This document shows positions 26,201 through 34,285 of a stretch of DNA of 35,563 nt, in pieces. The notes beneath the pieces were generated by a model that had not been told where the DNA came from, searched no databases, and saw nothing but the letters and a program-made list of their open reading frames with translations. Location: positions 1 to 35,563 of the IMG/VR virus record IMGVR_UViG_3300048577_000245, one strand, 5' to 3'. The stretch comes from a virus (lineage: Duplodnaviria > Caudoviricetes). Positions within the stretch are counted from its first letter, which is position 1, and every line of letters begins with the position of its first letter. Both the position numbers and the translations under genes were made by a program.

Positions 26201-26695
26201 TCAGACGCCCAGATCCCGCTTGAGCTGCTTCAACTCGTTCCAGACGACGTTCACCAGGAAGTTCGCGTCGTGCCCACTCTGGATGTTAGAGAACTGCGCA
26301 AACTGCCCGGCCATGAGAGCGCCCGCCTGCCTGGCCTCGCGTGGCTGCATCACTACGACCTGCTCGCCGACCTCCAGAACAAAAAAGCCGTCCGTGGTCA
26401 TGGATCCATAGACCGGCCGAGGCGCGTCATACCGAGGAATCGGAACAAAAACACCCGGGCGCACACGACGCAACTGCTCGCTGTCTACCATGCGCCCTAC
26501 GTGATCATCGATCTTGGTAATCGACAAGCCAGTCAGTTCGGCGAGCGACTCGCGCGTGACGACTTGCTCTTGGTTGTACAGATCAATGACTGCGTCCCAA
26601 ATGATCTGGGCGGTGCTCTTCGCCTCCTGGGAAGACTTTTTGGGTCTGCGCACCTCCGGCGAGGCAGGGAAAGTCGCATTTATTGCAGATTGCAT
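26201..26695 (-). CDS. Winged-HTH protein; candidate late-gene regulator
   Basis: VTRESLAELTGLSITKIDDHVGRM...LRRVRPGVF wHTH; last gene of the early-right operon (Q-like position). Confidence 0.7.
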   Translation of the reverse strand: MQSAINATFPASPEVRRPKKSSQEAKSTAQIIWDAVIDLYNQEQVVTRESLAELTGLSITKIDDHVGRMVDSEQLRRVRPGVFVPIPRYDAPRPVYGSMTTDGFFVLEVGEQVVVMQPREARQAGALMAGQFAQFSNIQSGHDANFLVNVVWNELKQLKRDLGV

Positions 26696-26724
26696 AGGTG
26701 TTGCTCCTCAGCAGAATGGTGCCG

Positions 26725-27579
26725 TCACCGGCGATGACTGGGCCAAGCGCACGACAGCACCCGAGCGCCTTCACGCAAGCGGTCGAAAGATCGCTCACCA
26801 AGTGCGGCGCGGATCCCGTCGGCGTCCAGGTTGGAGATGAGCACCGTCGGCAAGCTGTGCTTGTATCGCAGGTCGATGATGTCGAACAGCTGTGTGCGCT
26901 CGGCATCAGAGTTGAAGCTGGATCCGATCTCGTCGAGGACGAACAACCCAGCCATGCCCACGTACTCGACGATCTCGTCTTCCGTTTCTGGGTACCACTG
27001 CGCGAACTCGCTGGGCTGGCCGCGCTTGCTCCAGCTCGACCGCAGCATCCGTACCAGCTCGCGCGCGCTGTGGATGCATGCACGCTTGCGCTCCACATTG
27101 ATGACGTGCGAAACCATGGCACTGCCCAGATGGGTCTTTCCCGTGCCTGGCGACCCCAGAAGCCACAAGCCACCGCCATCACCTGTCACGAGCGGAGAAA
27201 CCAGCGCTTTGCATGCCTGCAGAACTTTGCGATGCGCGTCGGTGGTGGCCTGGAAGTTCTCGAAGGTCGACCGAAGCATGCGGCCCTCAAGCCCGCTCAG
27301 TTCCAGGCGCCGCGAACGTGCGTGCTCTGCCTTCTGCTCTGCCTCCCGTGCGCGCTCTGCCTCCTCTTCGGCCTTCAGTCGCTCGGCGCGCTGCTGCTCG
27401 CATGCCGGGCATGCCGACCAAAAAGAGCCCCCTGGCCAGCGCTGGAGAGACACGTAGGGCCCATGCTTGTCGCAGTTCTGCTCACGCTGGGCCGCTGGCG
27501 ATTTGGCCGCGTCCTGCCCCGCCATGATCGTCGCAACCAAGCCTGCGGGTGCGGCGGTGTCAGAGAGTGATGTATCCAT
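26725..27579 (-). CDS. DnaC/IstB-like AAA+ helicase loader
   Basis: CDKHG...CPAC zinc motif, Walker A GSPGTGKT, Walker B VLDEIG, ISN, DRLRE; RBS AAGGAG. Confidence 0.92.
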   Translation of the reverse strand: MDTSLSDTAAPAGLVATIMAGQDAAKSPAAQREQNCDKHGPYVSLQRWPGGSFWSACPACEQQRAERLKAEEEAERAREAEQKAEHARSRRLELSGLEGRMLRSTFENFQATTDAHRKVLQACKALVSPLVTGDGGGLWLLGSPGTGKTHLGSAMVSHVINVERKRACIHSARELVRMLRSSWSKRGQPSEFAQWYPETEDEIVEYVGMAGLFVLDEIGSSFNSDAERTQLFDIIDLRYKHSLPTVLISNLDADGIRAALGERSFDRLREGARVLSCAWPSHRR

Positions 27580-28507
27580 TTTCGTCAACTCCTTTCGTGT
27601 AATCGATTTGGTCAAAACCGCTGTGCGGCAGACGCGGCCGCGCAGAGCCACCAGCCCGAACCGCTTCTTCCTTTGGAGGGAACAGGCCCTGCCAACCGCG
27701 CGAAATGGAGTGCTCGATGACCGCCACAGGGTCGTGGCCTTGCGCTCGATACTTCTCCAGATCCTTCAGCTGCAGCATCGCTCCAGCCTGCGTGATGGGC
27801 TTTTTCCTGTCCGACCTGTCCTTCGCCCACATGACCCAGGCTTCACGCGGCAGCCAGTCCGGCAATGAAATCTCAGCCGCGTTGAACGAACTCTTCGCGC
27901 GCTTTACTGGTTCCTTTACTGGTTCCATTACTGGTTCTTTACTGGTTCCGTGGCCCAAATTTGGGCCTATTACCAGGGAAATTTGGGCCGATTGATCGGG
28001 AAATTTGGGCTCATTACCAGGGAAATTTGGGCTTATTTCGCCTGCATCCGGATCAGGGAAATTTGGGCCTATTACCAGGGAAATTTGGGCCGATTGATCG
28101 GGAAATTTGGGCTCATTACCAGGGAAATTTGGGCTTATTTCGCCTGCATCCGGATCAGGGAAATTTGGGCCTATTACCAGGGAAATTTGGGCCGATTGAG
28201 GGGCCTCATCTGCTGCCTTTGAAGCGGCGTCATCGGGCGATTTCAGCCGGTAAGTGACCACCCTACCCGTCTGCCCTTTCCGTTCGCCGGAGTCCTCGAT
28301 GAACCCCAATTCGCGCAACTTCAACAAGTTCGCCTTCACGGACTTGGGGTCCATATCGGTCACTTTCGACAAATGAGCAATCGACGGAAAGCACAACATT
28401 TCCGTGCTGTCTGCGTTCACGCAGTCGGCCATGGCCACCAACAAGAACTTGGCGGATGCACGGCCCACAGGTTGTTTCAAGGCCCAGGCAATTGCAGGAA
28501 AACTCAT
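27560..28507 (-). CDS. Phage replication initiator (N-terminal HTH, internal origin)
   Basis: AKFLLVAMADC...CFPSIAHLSKVT HTH; central repeats; C-terminal LPDWLP...W...RKKP...GWQGLF; followed by the DnaC-like gene. Confidence 0.88.
   Translation of the reverse strand: MSFPAIAWALKQPVGRASAKFLLVAMADCVNADSTEMLCFPSIAHLSKVTDMDPKSVKANLLKLRELGFIEDSGERKGQTGRVVTYRLKSPDDAASKAADEAPQSAQISLVIGPNFPDPDAGEISPNFPGNEPKFPDQSAQISLVIGPNFPDPDAGEISPNFPGNEPKFPDQSAQISLVIGPNLGHGTSKEPVMEPVKEPVKRAKSSFNAAEISLPDWLPREAWVMWAKDRSDRKKPITQAGAMLQLKDLEKYRAQGHDPVAVIEHSISRGWQGLFPPKEEAVRAGGSARPRLPHSGFDQIDYTKGVDENGYITL
27903..28199. repeat. Replication origin: iteron array
   Basis: Ten AAATTTGGGC cores at 27957, 27979, 28001, 28023, 28059, 28081, 28103, 28125, 28161, 28183; palindrome GGCCCAAATTTGGGCC (27952-27967); four TTACTGGTTC repeats (27903-27949). 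Confidence 0.85.
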
Positions 28508-29166
28508 GCTCCGACCGCACTTTCTACGCGCCCAAGCGCGATTTGTTGGGCCCATTGCCGCAGGCTCTCAATCGTTTCCGGAGGCGCGAACACCGGTTCA
28601 GCCCAGTTGGGAGACCCTTCGTGTGGGTTCAGCCAACCGGTCCAGGCTCCTTTTGCGAAACCAGGCAGCAGCAGGGCCTGGAGAGGGGCCTGCCCGTACA
28701 AGACGTCTCCGCGCTGCGTTGTGCGCACGAAACGCGCGATGCGCATCCCTGGCTGCCCACGCATTTCTAGAACCATGTCGGCATGGTGTCCTGCTTCGTC
28801 TGTTGCGTCGAAACGCATTCGTGCGACGACGGGCGTTTGGAACATGTCAGGAGTTCTCCCAAGTTGTTGGCCCAGCGCGTGCAAGCGAAGCACGTTGAAC
28901 CGGTAGTGCGGCACCGCCCCGGGGGCGCCGCCGTGTGCATTCGCCGTCACCTCCAACACGCCGAGCGAGATGAGTGCATGTACGTGTTTGCGCACCTGCG
29001 GTGTCGAAAGTCCAACGAGGTCCGCCAACGAGGCCATGGACGCCTTCAGCACTCCGTTGTTGACATCGTGCAACTCCGCCATGGCCAACGCGGTACGCAG
29101 GCATGCCGCAGGTTCAATTGCGGCCCCTTGCACCAACGGCAGTACCGGCTCAAAACTCTGGTTCAT
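28504..29166 (-). CDS. HTH-domain protein (220 aa)
   Basis: ASMASLADLVGLSTPQVRKHVHALISLGVL HTH; ATGA overlaps on both sides. Confidence 0.75.
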   Translation of the reverse strand: MNQSFEPVLPLVQGAAIEPAACLRTALAMAELHDVNNGVLKASMASLADLVGLSTPQVRKHVHALISLGVLEVTANAHGGAPGAVPHYRFNVLRLHALGQQLGRTPDMFQTPVVARMRFDATDEAGHHADMVLEMRGQPGMRIARFVRTTQRGDVLYGQAPLQALLLPGFAKGAWTGWLNPHEGSPNWAEPVFAPPETIESLRQWAQQIALGRVESAVGA

Positions 29167-29453
29167 GCCGCCCCCTTGGCGCGCTGGATCAACTGATAGG
29201 CCACAAACTCCGACACCTGCTCATGAAGCGTCTTCCGAGCCTCTGCGGCGCGTGCCTCGGACTCGGCGAACGCCTTTGCAACAGCACCAATCTCAGGCAG
29301 CTGGATCGTCACGCGATGCAACGTGCCGTCCTCCCCCTTCACGCCGATGACCACATTTCCGTAGATGGTCGGGTAGACGGCCAGGCCGCGCTCGGGCTCG
29401 TCGAACACGACAAATCCGCCTTCGTGGAGCTCTTGCCAGGTGGGCGGGTTCAT
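29163..29453 (-). CDS. Hypothetical protein (96 aa)
   Basis: Translationally coupled (ATGA overlaps) within the early-right operon. Confidence 0.7.
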   Translation of the reverse strand: MNPPTWQELHEGGFVVFDEPERGLAVYPTIYGNVVIGVKGEDGTLHRVTIQLPEIGAVAKAFAESEARAAEARKTLHEQVSEFVAYQLIQRAKGAA

Positions 29454-29830
29454 GCCACAGCCCTCATAACCACCCTTCCAGCGGCGCGCTCAATGCGTTC
29501 TGCCAGCGCAGCCTGAGAGCGCACCGCCTCAATGAATTGGCGCTGCAGTTCGGCCACCTCGTCACGTGGCTCAACCGGCGTCGGTGCCGCGTAGCCAAGA
29601 TCGGCGGCAATGAACTCCATGCCGTCATGGCAACCCTTGGCGCGGGCCAAGCGCAGAATGAGCATGACTTGCTCCGGCGACAGCTTGGCCGGGCGCTCCT
29701 CGTTGAGACAGTCCAGCAAAGCACGCTGAGCAGCATCAGGGGCCTTTTCCGGCCACAGAACAGGGCCTACCTGCTTGGAGCCGCCGCAGGCTTTCACGCA
29801 GGCGATCAAGGCGTCGTTCAACGTTTCCAT
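29450..29830 (-). CDS. CII-like phage regulatory protein
   Basis: LNDAL...GGSKQVG...LLDCLNEERPAKLSPEQV; lies between cro and the replication genes. Confidence 0.65.
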   Translation of the reverse strand: METLNDALIACVKACGGSKQVGPVLWPEKAPDAAQRALLDCLNEERPAKLSPEQVMLILRLARAKGCHDGMEFIAADLGYAAPTPVEPRDEVAELQRQFIEAVRSQAALAERIERAAGRVVMRAVA

Positions 29831-29831
29831 T

Positions 29832-30383
29832 TCAGACCCCCGCAAGAAGTGCGACCTCGGCTTGCAGCCTGGATATCTGTGCCTTCTTGCGCTCGATCAC
29901 GAGGGCCAGCAGCTCAGAGTTGGGAGAGCCAGCATGGCGGCTCGCAAACTCGCCGTACAGGATGGAGGCCGCCGCCGCATAGACGCCTGCTGCATCAGCC
30001 TGCTCTTCCCACAAGCCAAGAGAGATCTCCACCCCGTCCGGGGCAATCGACGCGAGCCATTTCTTGTTGGATCGACGAACGCCGACGACACCACTCGCGC
30101 CGCGAGCGGCTGCATTTCTTGCGTTACCAGCAGCCGAAGCGATCCGAAGGTTGGAACGTCGGTTGTCGAGGCCATCACCGTTGATATGGTCGACAAGCTG
30201 GCCAGGAAGCGCTCCCAATATCAAGCGATGCATCAGCACCGTTCTTGGCTTGCCCCCAGCCACCACGCTGGCGCGCGCGTACTTCCCTTTGAGCGAATGC
30301 CACTTGAGGGCACTCACCGCTCCGTAATCAATAGCATCGACCCTTGCAACGGCGCCATTTTTCAGTTGGATTACCGTTTCCAT
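29832..30383 (-). CDS. HNH endonuclease with C-terminal AP2-like domain
   Basis: MHRLIL...VDHINGDGLDNRRSNLR followed by SGVVGV...KKWLASI...LG...AA...LYGEFA. Confidence 0.9.
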   Translation of the reverse strand: METVIQLKNGAVARVDAIDYGAVSALKWHSLKGKYARASVVAGGKPRTVLMHRLILGALPGQLVDHINGDGLDNRRSNLRIASAAGNARNAAARGASGVVGVRRSNKKWLASIAPDGVEISLGLWEEQADAAGVYAAAASILYGEFASRHAGSPNSELLALVIERKKAQISRLQAEVALLAGV

Positions 30384-30464
30384 TCCGACTCCTTCCGAAA
30401 TTCATTCCGGCGTTCGTAAGCGTTCGCAAAGACTTTTTTTGGCAAAGAAATTTCAATAGAGGGC

Positions 30465-30719
30465 ATGAACACCTCACGCCCTACCCCAATCGCAGGCCCA
30501 GGCACGCTGGCGCCTTTCCACAGCAGCACGCGCACAGCGCTGTCGCTCAATACCGACCCGGCCACGGGCCAGCGCCTGCAGGTGATGACCACCTCGCGGC
30601 TGGAGCTGTGCTGGATCGCCGGTGAGTTGCGCATCGACTGCAGAGCGAGCCGGATGCAAATGAATGCGTTGCAGGACGGGCCGCGGACTGGTAGGCGCGG
30701 TGCGCGGGGGAGTCTGTGA
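30465..30719 (+). CDS. Hypothetical protein (84 aa)
   Basis: ATG follows an AT-rich promoter-like stretch; no recognisable motif. Confidence 0.4.
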   Translation: MNTSRPTPIAGPGTLAPFHSSTRTALSLNTDPATGQRLQVMTTSRLELCWIAGELRIDCRASRMQMNALQDGPRTGRRGARGSL

Positions 30720-30835
30720 TGGGCCATAGGTCAATCAGCCCTCGGGACGGGCGCCACAGGCCTGCTGGGTGGGCTGCCCGCTCCGACAGACAATGCAGGT
30801 TCCTCAACACGCACCGAACTATCGGAGGGGCACCC

Positions 30836-31363
30836 ATGCTCAACGAAATTCAACTTGCTATCGCTTCCCTTACGGGAGCGAAGACCATCGCCGAGGGACT
30901 GGTGGCTGAGCGCGACGCGAGAAAGATCGCGGAAGCAGTCGAAGGTCTCCTCGAAAAGATCACTGACACACGGATGACCGTGCTCAGCCTCCAGGATGCG
31001 CTGGAGGCGAAGAACAACGCGCTCGCGGCGCTCCAAGAGGAAAAACGCCACCTTGAAGCGGAGCTTCGACGCGCGCTGCAAAGCGCCGATCAGTTTGAGG
31101 GATATGAACTTGCTGACATCGCTCGCGGCACTATGGTCTATGCGCCAAAGCCAGGCGCGGACGGCGTTCGCAGGCCGCCATATCTGTGCCCAACCTGTAA
31201 AGGCCAGGGCAAGAACTCGATCCTGAGTTTTCAGGAGGCGACGGCGAAAACCCCAGGAAGACGGCTTGTTTGCCCGGAGTCCACAGCGCACACACTGGTA
31301 CTTCCCAGAGGCGCGTGGAGCCCCGAAAACCTTGGCCGCCACCCACTCACGCCTCAGCAATGA
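30836..31363 (+). CDS. Coiled-coil protein with C-terminal zinc-ribbon-like motif (175 aa), moron
   Basis: RBS GGAGGGG; heptad-rich N-half; YEL...VY...YLCPTC...SIL...CP. Confidence 0.8.
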   Translation: MLNEIQLAIASLTGAKTIAEGLVAERDARKIAEAVEGLLEKITDTRMTVLSLQDALEAKNNALAALQEEKRHLEAELRRALQSADQFEGYELADIARGTMVYAPKPGADGVRRPPYLCPTCKGQGKNSILSFQEATAKTPGRRLVCPESTAHTLVLPRGAWSPENLGRHPLTPQQ

Positions 31364-31433
31364 GCAAATGGACTCTTGCGCGGCCATGACATCGTTCTGC
31401 TCACACTCGCTAGGGCGCGGGCGGGGTTGTTGG

Positions 31434-31655
31434 TCAGGCATGGTCCATCCCCTCAGCAAGTTGTCTTTCTTGCTTGGCAAAGTGGTCCATCAGCCGTTGC
31501 ACGGTGCTCACACGTGGGTCTGTCACCGTGCCCTGTGCGATCTTTACCAGTGTGTGGTATGGCACTCCACTGGCCATGGCTATCTCAGGCAGCTTCCCAC
31601 GAGACGCTCCCAGTAAGCGCATCACAGTAGTCAAGATAGGTTCGGTGTCGTTCAT
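31434..31655 (-). CDS. Cro-like HTH repressor (73 aa)
   Basis: IAMASGVPYHTLVKIAQGTVTDPRVSTVQRL; divergent from the cI-like gene; GGAG RBS. Confidence 0.85.
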   Translation of the reverse strand: MNDTEPILTTVMRLLGASRGKLPEIAMASGVPYHTLVKIAQGTVTDPRVSTVQRLMDHFAKQERQLAEGMDHA

Positions 31656-31677
31656 AGGCGCTCCAAGAGCAACCCCA

Positions 31678-31717
31678 TCATAGCCATAAATGGCTTGCTT
31701 AACAACCATTAATGGCT
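31678..31717. promoter_or_regulatory. OR-like operators and cro promoter
   Basis: AGCCATAAATGGCT (31682-31695) and AACCATTAATGGCT (31704-31717); minus-strand -10 TATGAT (31678-31683). Confidence 0.8.
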
Positions 31718-31741
31718 AACAATTTAAGACATCATTCATCT

Positions 31742-32440
31742 ATGGCACGGCAACCCTCTAGACCCAACCCAATCATCGGCAAGACCATTCAGTATCTGAT
31801 GACCTCACAGGCAGGCCTTCACAGCCAACCACTGCTCGCGAAGAAGAGCGGCGTGTCACAGAGCACGATCGGTCGCATCATCCGTGGCGAAGTGAATCCG
31901 TCCGCTGACAACATTAAGCGGATTGCCGATGCCCTCGGGGTGGATGTCACCTCCCTCTATGTCGATCTCGACGCACTTGGTTTAACAGAGGTCAGGCAGG
32001 AGAGAATGCGCTCGTTGGAGACGCGATTTGTGCACCGCAAGTCTGGAAAAACCTTCTTGGAATGGGATCTACACGTCAAAGAGGACTCTGAGCGAGGTCG
32101 TCGCATAGAACTTAAGGAATCCGTTCGCAAAGGCTTTGTGATCGGAGAGGTCGATGACGGCTACGCAGTTCAAATGCTCGATGACATTGACGACAGAGGG
32201 AGGGCCTATGGCGCATTCCTGCTTGTGGAACGAGCAGGGACACCCGCTTACCGAGACCTGTGTTTGGTACGGATGAAGGACGGCGCAACATTCATTCATG
32301 AGTTCCAATCCAGCGATGATCCAGACGACTATTTTTTTAACTCCATGCTTGGTCAATCAATCACTGTCCCCCAAGCACAGGTCGAGTGGATTCATGGGGT
32401 CGTTGCCATTGCTTCATCACGGCAGTGGCGTCCACGGTAG
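31742..32440 (+). CDS. CI-like XRE repressor with degenerate S24-like C-terminal domain (alternative start 31712)
   Basis: SQPLLAKKSGVSQSTIGRIIRGEVNPSADNIKRIADALGV HTH; the C-terminus follows the S24 layout but lacks the Ser/Lys dyad. Confidence 0.85.
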   Translation: MARQPSRPNPIIGKTIQYLMTSQAGLHSQPLLAKKSGVSQSTIGRIIRGEVNPSADNIKRIADALGVDVTSLYVDLDALGLTEVRQERMRSLETRFVHRKSGKTFLEWDLHVKEDSERGRRIELKESVRKGFVIGEVDDGYAVQMLDDIDDRGRAYGAFLLVERAGTPAYRDLCLVRMKDGATFIHEFQSSDDPDDYFFNSMLGQSITVPQAQVEWIHGVVAIASSRQWRPR

Positions 32441-32482
32441 AGACACGCTACCCCCATAGGCGACAGAGTCAACAAGAAATGT

Positions 32483-32541
32483 AGCCATAAATGGCTTGAC
32501 AGATTGGATTTTTAGTCGAAAATGGCTAGCCATTGATGACT
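32483..32541 (+). promoter_or_regulatory. OL-like operators and early-left promoter
   Basis: AGCCATAAATGGCT (32483-32496), AGTCGAAAATGGCT (32514-32527), AGCCATTGATGACT (32528-32541); -35 TTGACA at 32496-32501. Confidence 0.8.
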
Positions 32542-32555
32542 AGAACCTGTCTGTT

Positions 32556-32981
32556 ATGCGACTCGATGACGTAGCCGCCCTACTGGAAGCGGCACCCGAA
32601 CAGCACAGCCGCCGCTGCGCAAAGGCCCAGAACGCGATCGACAGCCAGCGCTGGTTTGCCGCAGCTTTCCATCTGCGCACCGCTGCCACGTCAGCACAGG
32701 AATGGGCAGATCGCGCCAACGCACTCGCCGAGTGGTGTGACGCCCAGGCGGCAAACAGCGCAGCTGGATCTTCTATCGGGCACCCCGCGCCCGGGGCAGA
32801 ACCGCCGACCTTGGCGATGCCCAGGGATACGGCCACCCCACCGACCACCGAAGCGATCAAAGCCGGCCTGATGGCATTGGCCCACGCCCTGGGCCCCGAT
32901 CACGCAACGCGAGTGCGCCGCGCCATGAACGAGGTTCTCGCTGCAGAGACAACTCGCGAGGGAGGTGTCCCATGCGCGTGA
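32556..32981 (+). CDS. Hypothetical protein, first gene of the early-left operon
   Basis: Directly follows the operator-covered promoter; overlaps the next gene. Confidence 0.6.
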   Translation: MRLDDVAALLEAAPEQHSRRCAKAQNAIDSQRWFAAAFHLRTAATSAQEWADRANALAEWCDAQAANSAAGSSIGHPAPGAEPPTLAMPRDTATPPTTEAIKAGLMALAHALGPDHATRVRRAMNEVLAAETTREGGVPCA

Positions 32982-33262
32982 CTTCCTCCACCTCCTCGCA
33001 GGCCAGGCAACCGCACATCGCCGCCCTGCTCCACTGCTCCGACTCGGAGCTCATGCAGCGGATCATGCGCATGGCAGCGGCAGCACGCGGCAAGTCCTTC
33101 AGCCGCTGGCCCGCATGGAGCACCGGCGAAAACCTGATGGTCGCGCTGGTGCTCAACAACCATGCTGCGCTCGACGCGATGAACTACTCCATCCTCGAAG
33201 CGCTTGAGCGCGTGGAACTCTCGCCACGCCAACTGCAGCAGATCGCGCGGAGGGTGTTGTGA
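32972..33262 (+). CDS. Hypothetical phage protein (96 aa)
   Basis: RBS GGAGGT; STGENLMVALVLN...YSILEALERV. Confidence 0.7.
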   Translation: MRVTSSTSSQARQPHIAALLHCSDSELMQRIMRMAAAARGKSFSRWPAWSTGENLMVALVLNNHAALDAMNYSILEALERVELSPRQLQQIARRVL

Positions 33263-33435
33263 TGCTATCCACCCTCTTTCGCCTCACAGCCATGCGTCGC
33301 CGCTCCGGTGCCAACCTGCCCACATCACTTCGCTGGGCTGCCAGCCTGCTGTGGCGCGACCACCAGATCACCCGCCGCCGTCGCCACTTGGAGCGCCGCG
33401 CCGAGATTGAGCGCGCCGCGCGCCAGCGGCTCTGA
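33262..33435 (+). CDS. Small basic hypothetical protein (57 aa; absent from the supplied ORF track)
   Basis: TGATG overlap; MLSTLFRLTAMRRRSG...ERAARQRL. Confidence 0.45.
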   Translation: MLSTLFRLTAMRRRSGANLPTSLRWAASLLWRDHQITRRRRHLERRAEIERAARQRL

Positions 33436-33499
33436 CTCCATCCCAATCCGCTGAGTGCGGATTGCCATCGGATTCCCCCCACCAACACACTACCCCACC

Positions 33500-34285
33500 A
33501 TGCAAGACAACCAAGCGTTCCGTGCCCTGTTCACCCTGCCGCCGATCCAGCCCAGTGCAAGCACTTCGCTGACGGTGCCTGAAATGCCTGCACCAAAGGT
33601 GGTCACAGGTGACCGCGAGGTAGACACCGTGCTCTGGCTGCAGGAGTGCGTGCGCACCGGCCACCAGGCGCTGATCGACAAGGCGCTGGAGGCGGCCAAG
33701 AAGATCACCACGCCGATGAAAGACCTGGGGGTGCGCTACGGCCAATACCTGATGCGGCAGCATGGCAGCTCGGTGATGGCCGCGTTTGGCTCCATGGGCT
33801 TTGGCGAATTGGAGAGCCAGGCAAATAGTGCCATAGAGCGCCAGAGGAAGCGGCACATCGCGCTCTCACGCTTCGGAACGGAAGAATCGCTGTTCTCCGA
33901 CACGCCCGCCGAGGCAGCCTGCAAGAAGGCTCTGCGCGGCGTCAAACGCATCAAGGACGGGGTCTTCAACGTTTACAACATGGAGCAGGTCGCCGAACGC
34001 TATGCAAAGAGGCCCGACTTGCAACCCAACACCCTCGCCGACTGCCTGCATGGGCGTGCCTACTGGCATGAGCTCTATCGACTGCGTACCCCATTCGGCT
34101 GTGGCGACTCACCAGCCTATGCCCAGGCCCATGACGACCACTGCTTCGCCATGCTGGCCAAGATCGCGCCACGCACCAAGGAGGAGTCATTTGCCGTGCT
34201 GGAGCACATCGAGGAGTATGACGATACCGATCGACAGGAAAGCCCAGCCATTCTGCACAACCTGATTTCGGGGGGATGGGCATGA
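33500..34285 (+). CDS. Phage hypothetical protein (261 aa)
   Basis: Strong coding bias from MQDNQ; ATGA overlap with the next gene. Confidence 0.8.
   Translation: MQDNQAFRALFTLPPIQPSASTSLTVPEMPAPKVVTGDREVDTVLWLQECVRTGHQALIDKALEAAKKITTPMKDLGVRYGQYLMRQHGSSVMAAFGSMGFGELESQANSAIERQRKRHIALSRFGTEESLFSDTPAEAACKKALRGVKRIKDGVFNVYNMEQVAERYAKRPDLQPNTLADCLHGRAYWHELYRLRTPFGCGDSPAYAQAHDDHCFAMLAKIAPRTKEESFAVLEHIEEYDDTDRQESPAILHNLISGGWA

Noticed and set aside
27952-28199. CRISPR-like regular repeats
   Set aside because: Cores are only 10-13 bp, the spacers themselves repeat, the array is in frame in the initiator gene and there are no cas genes; these are iterons.
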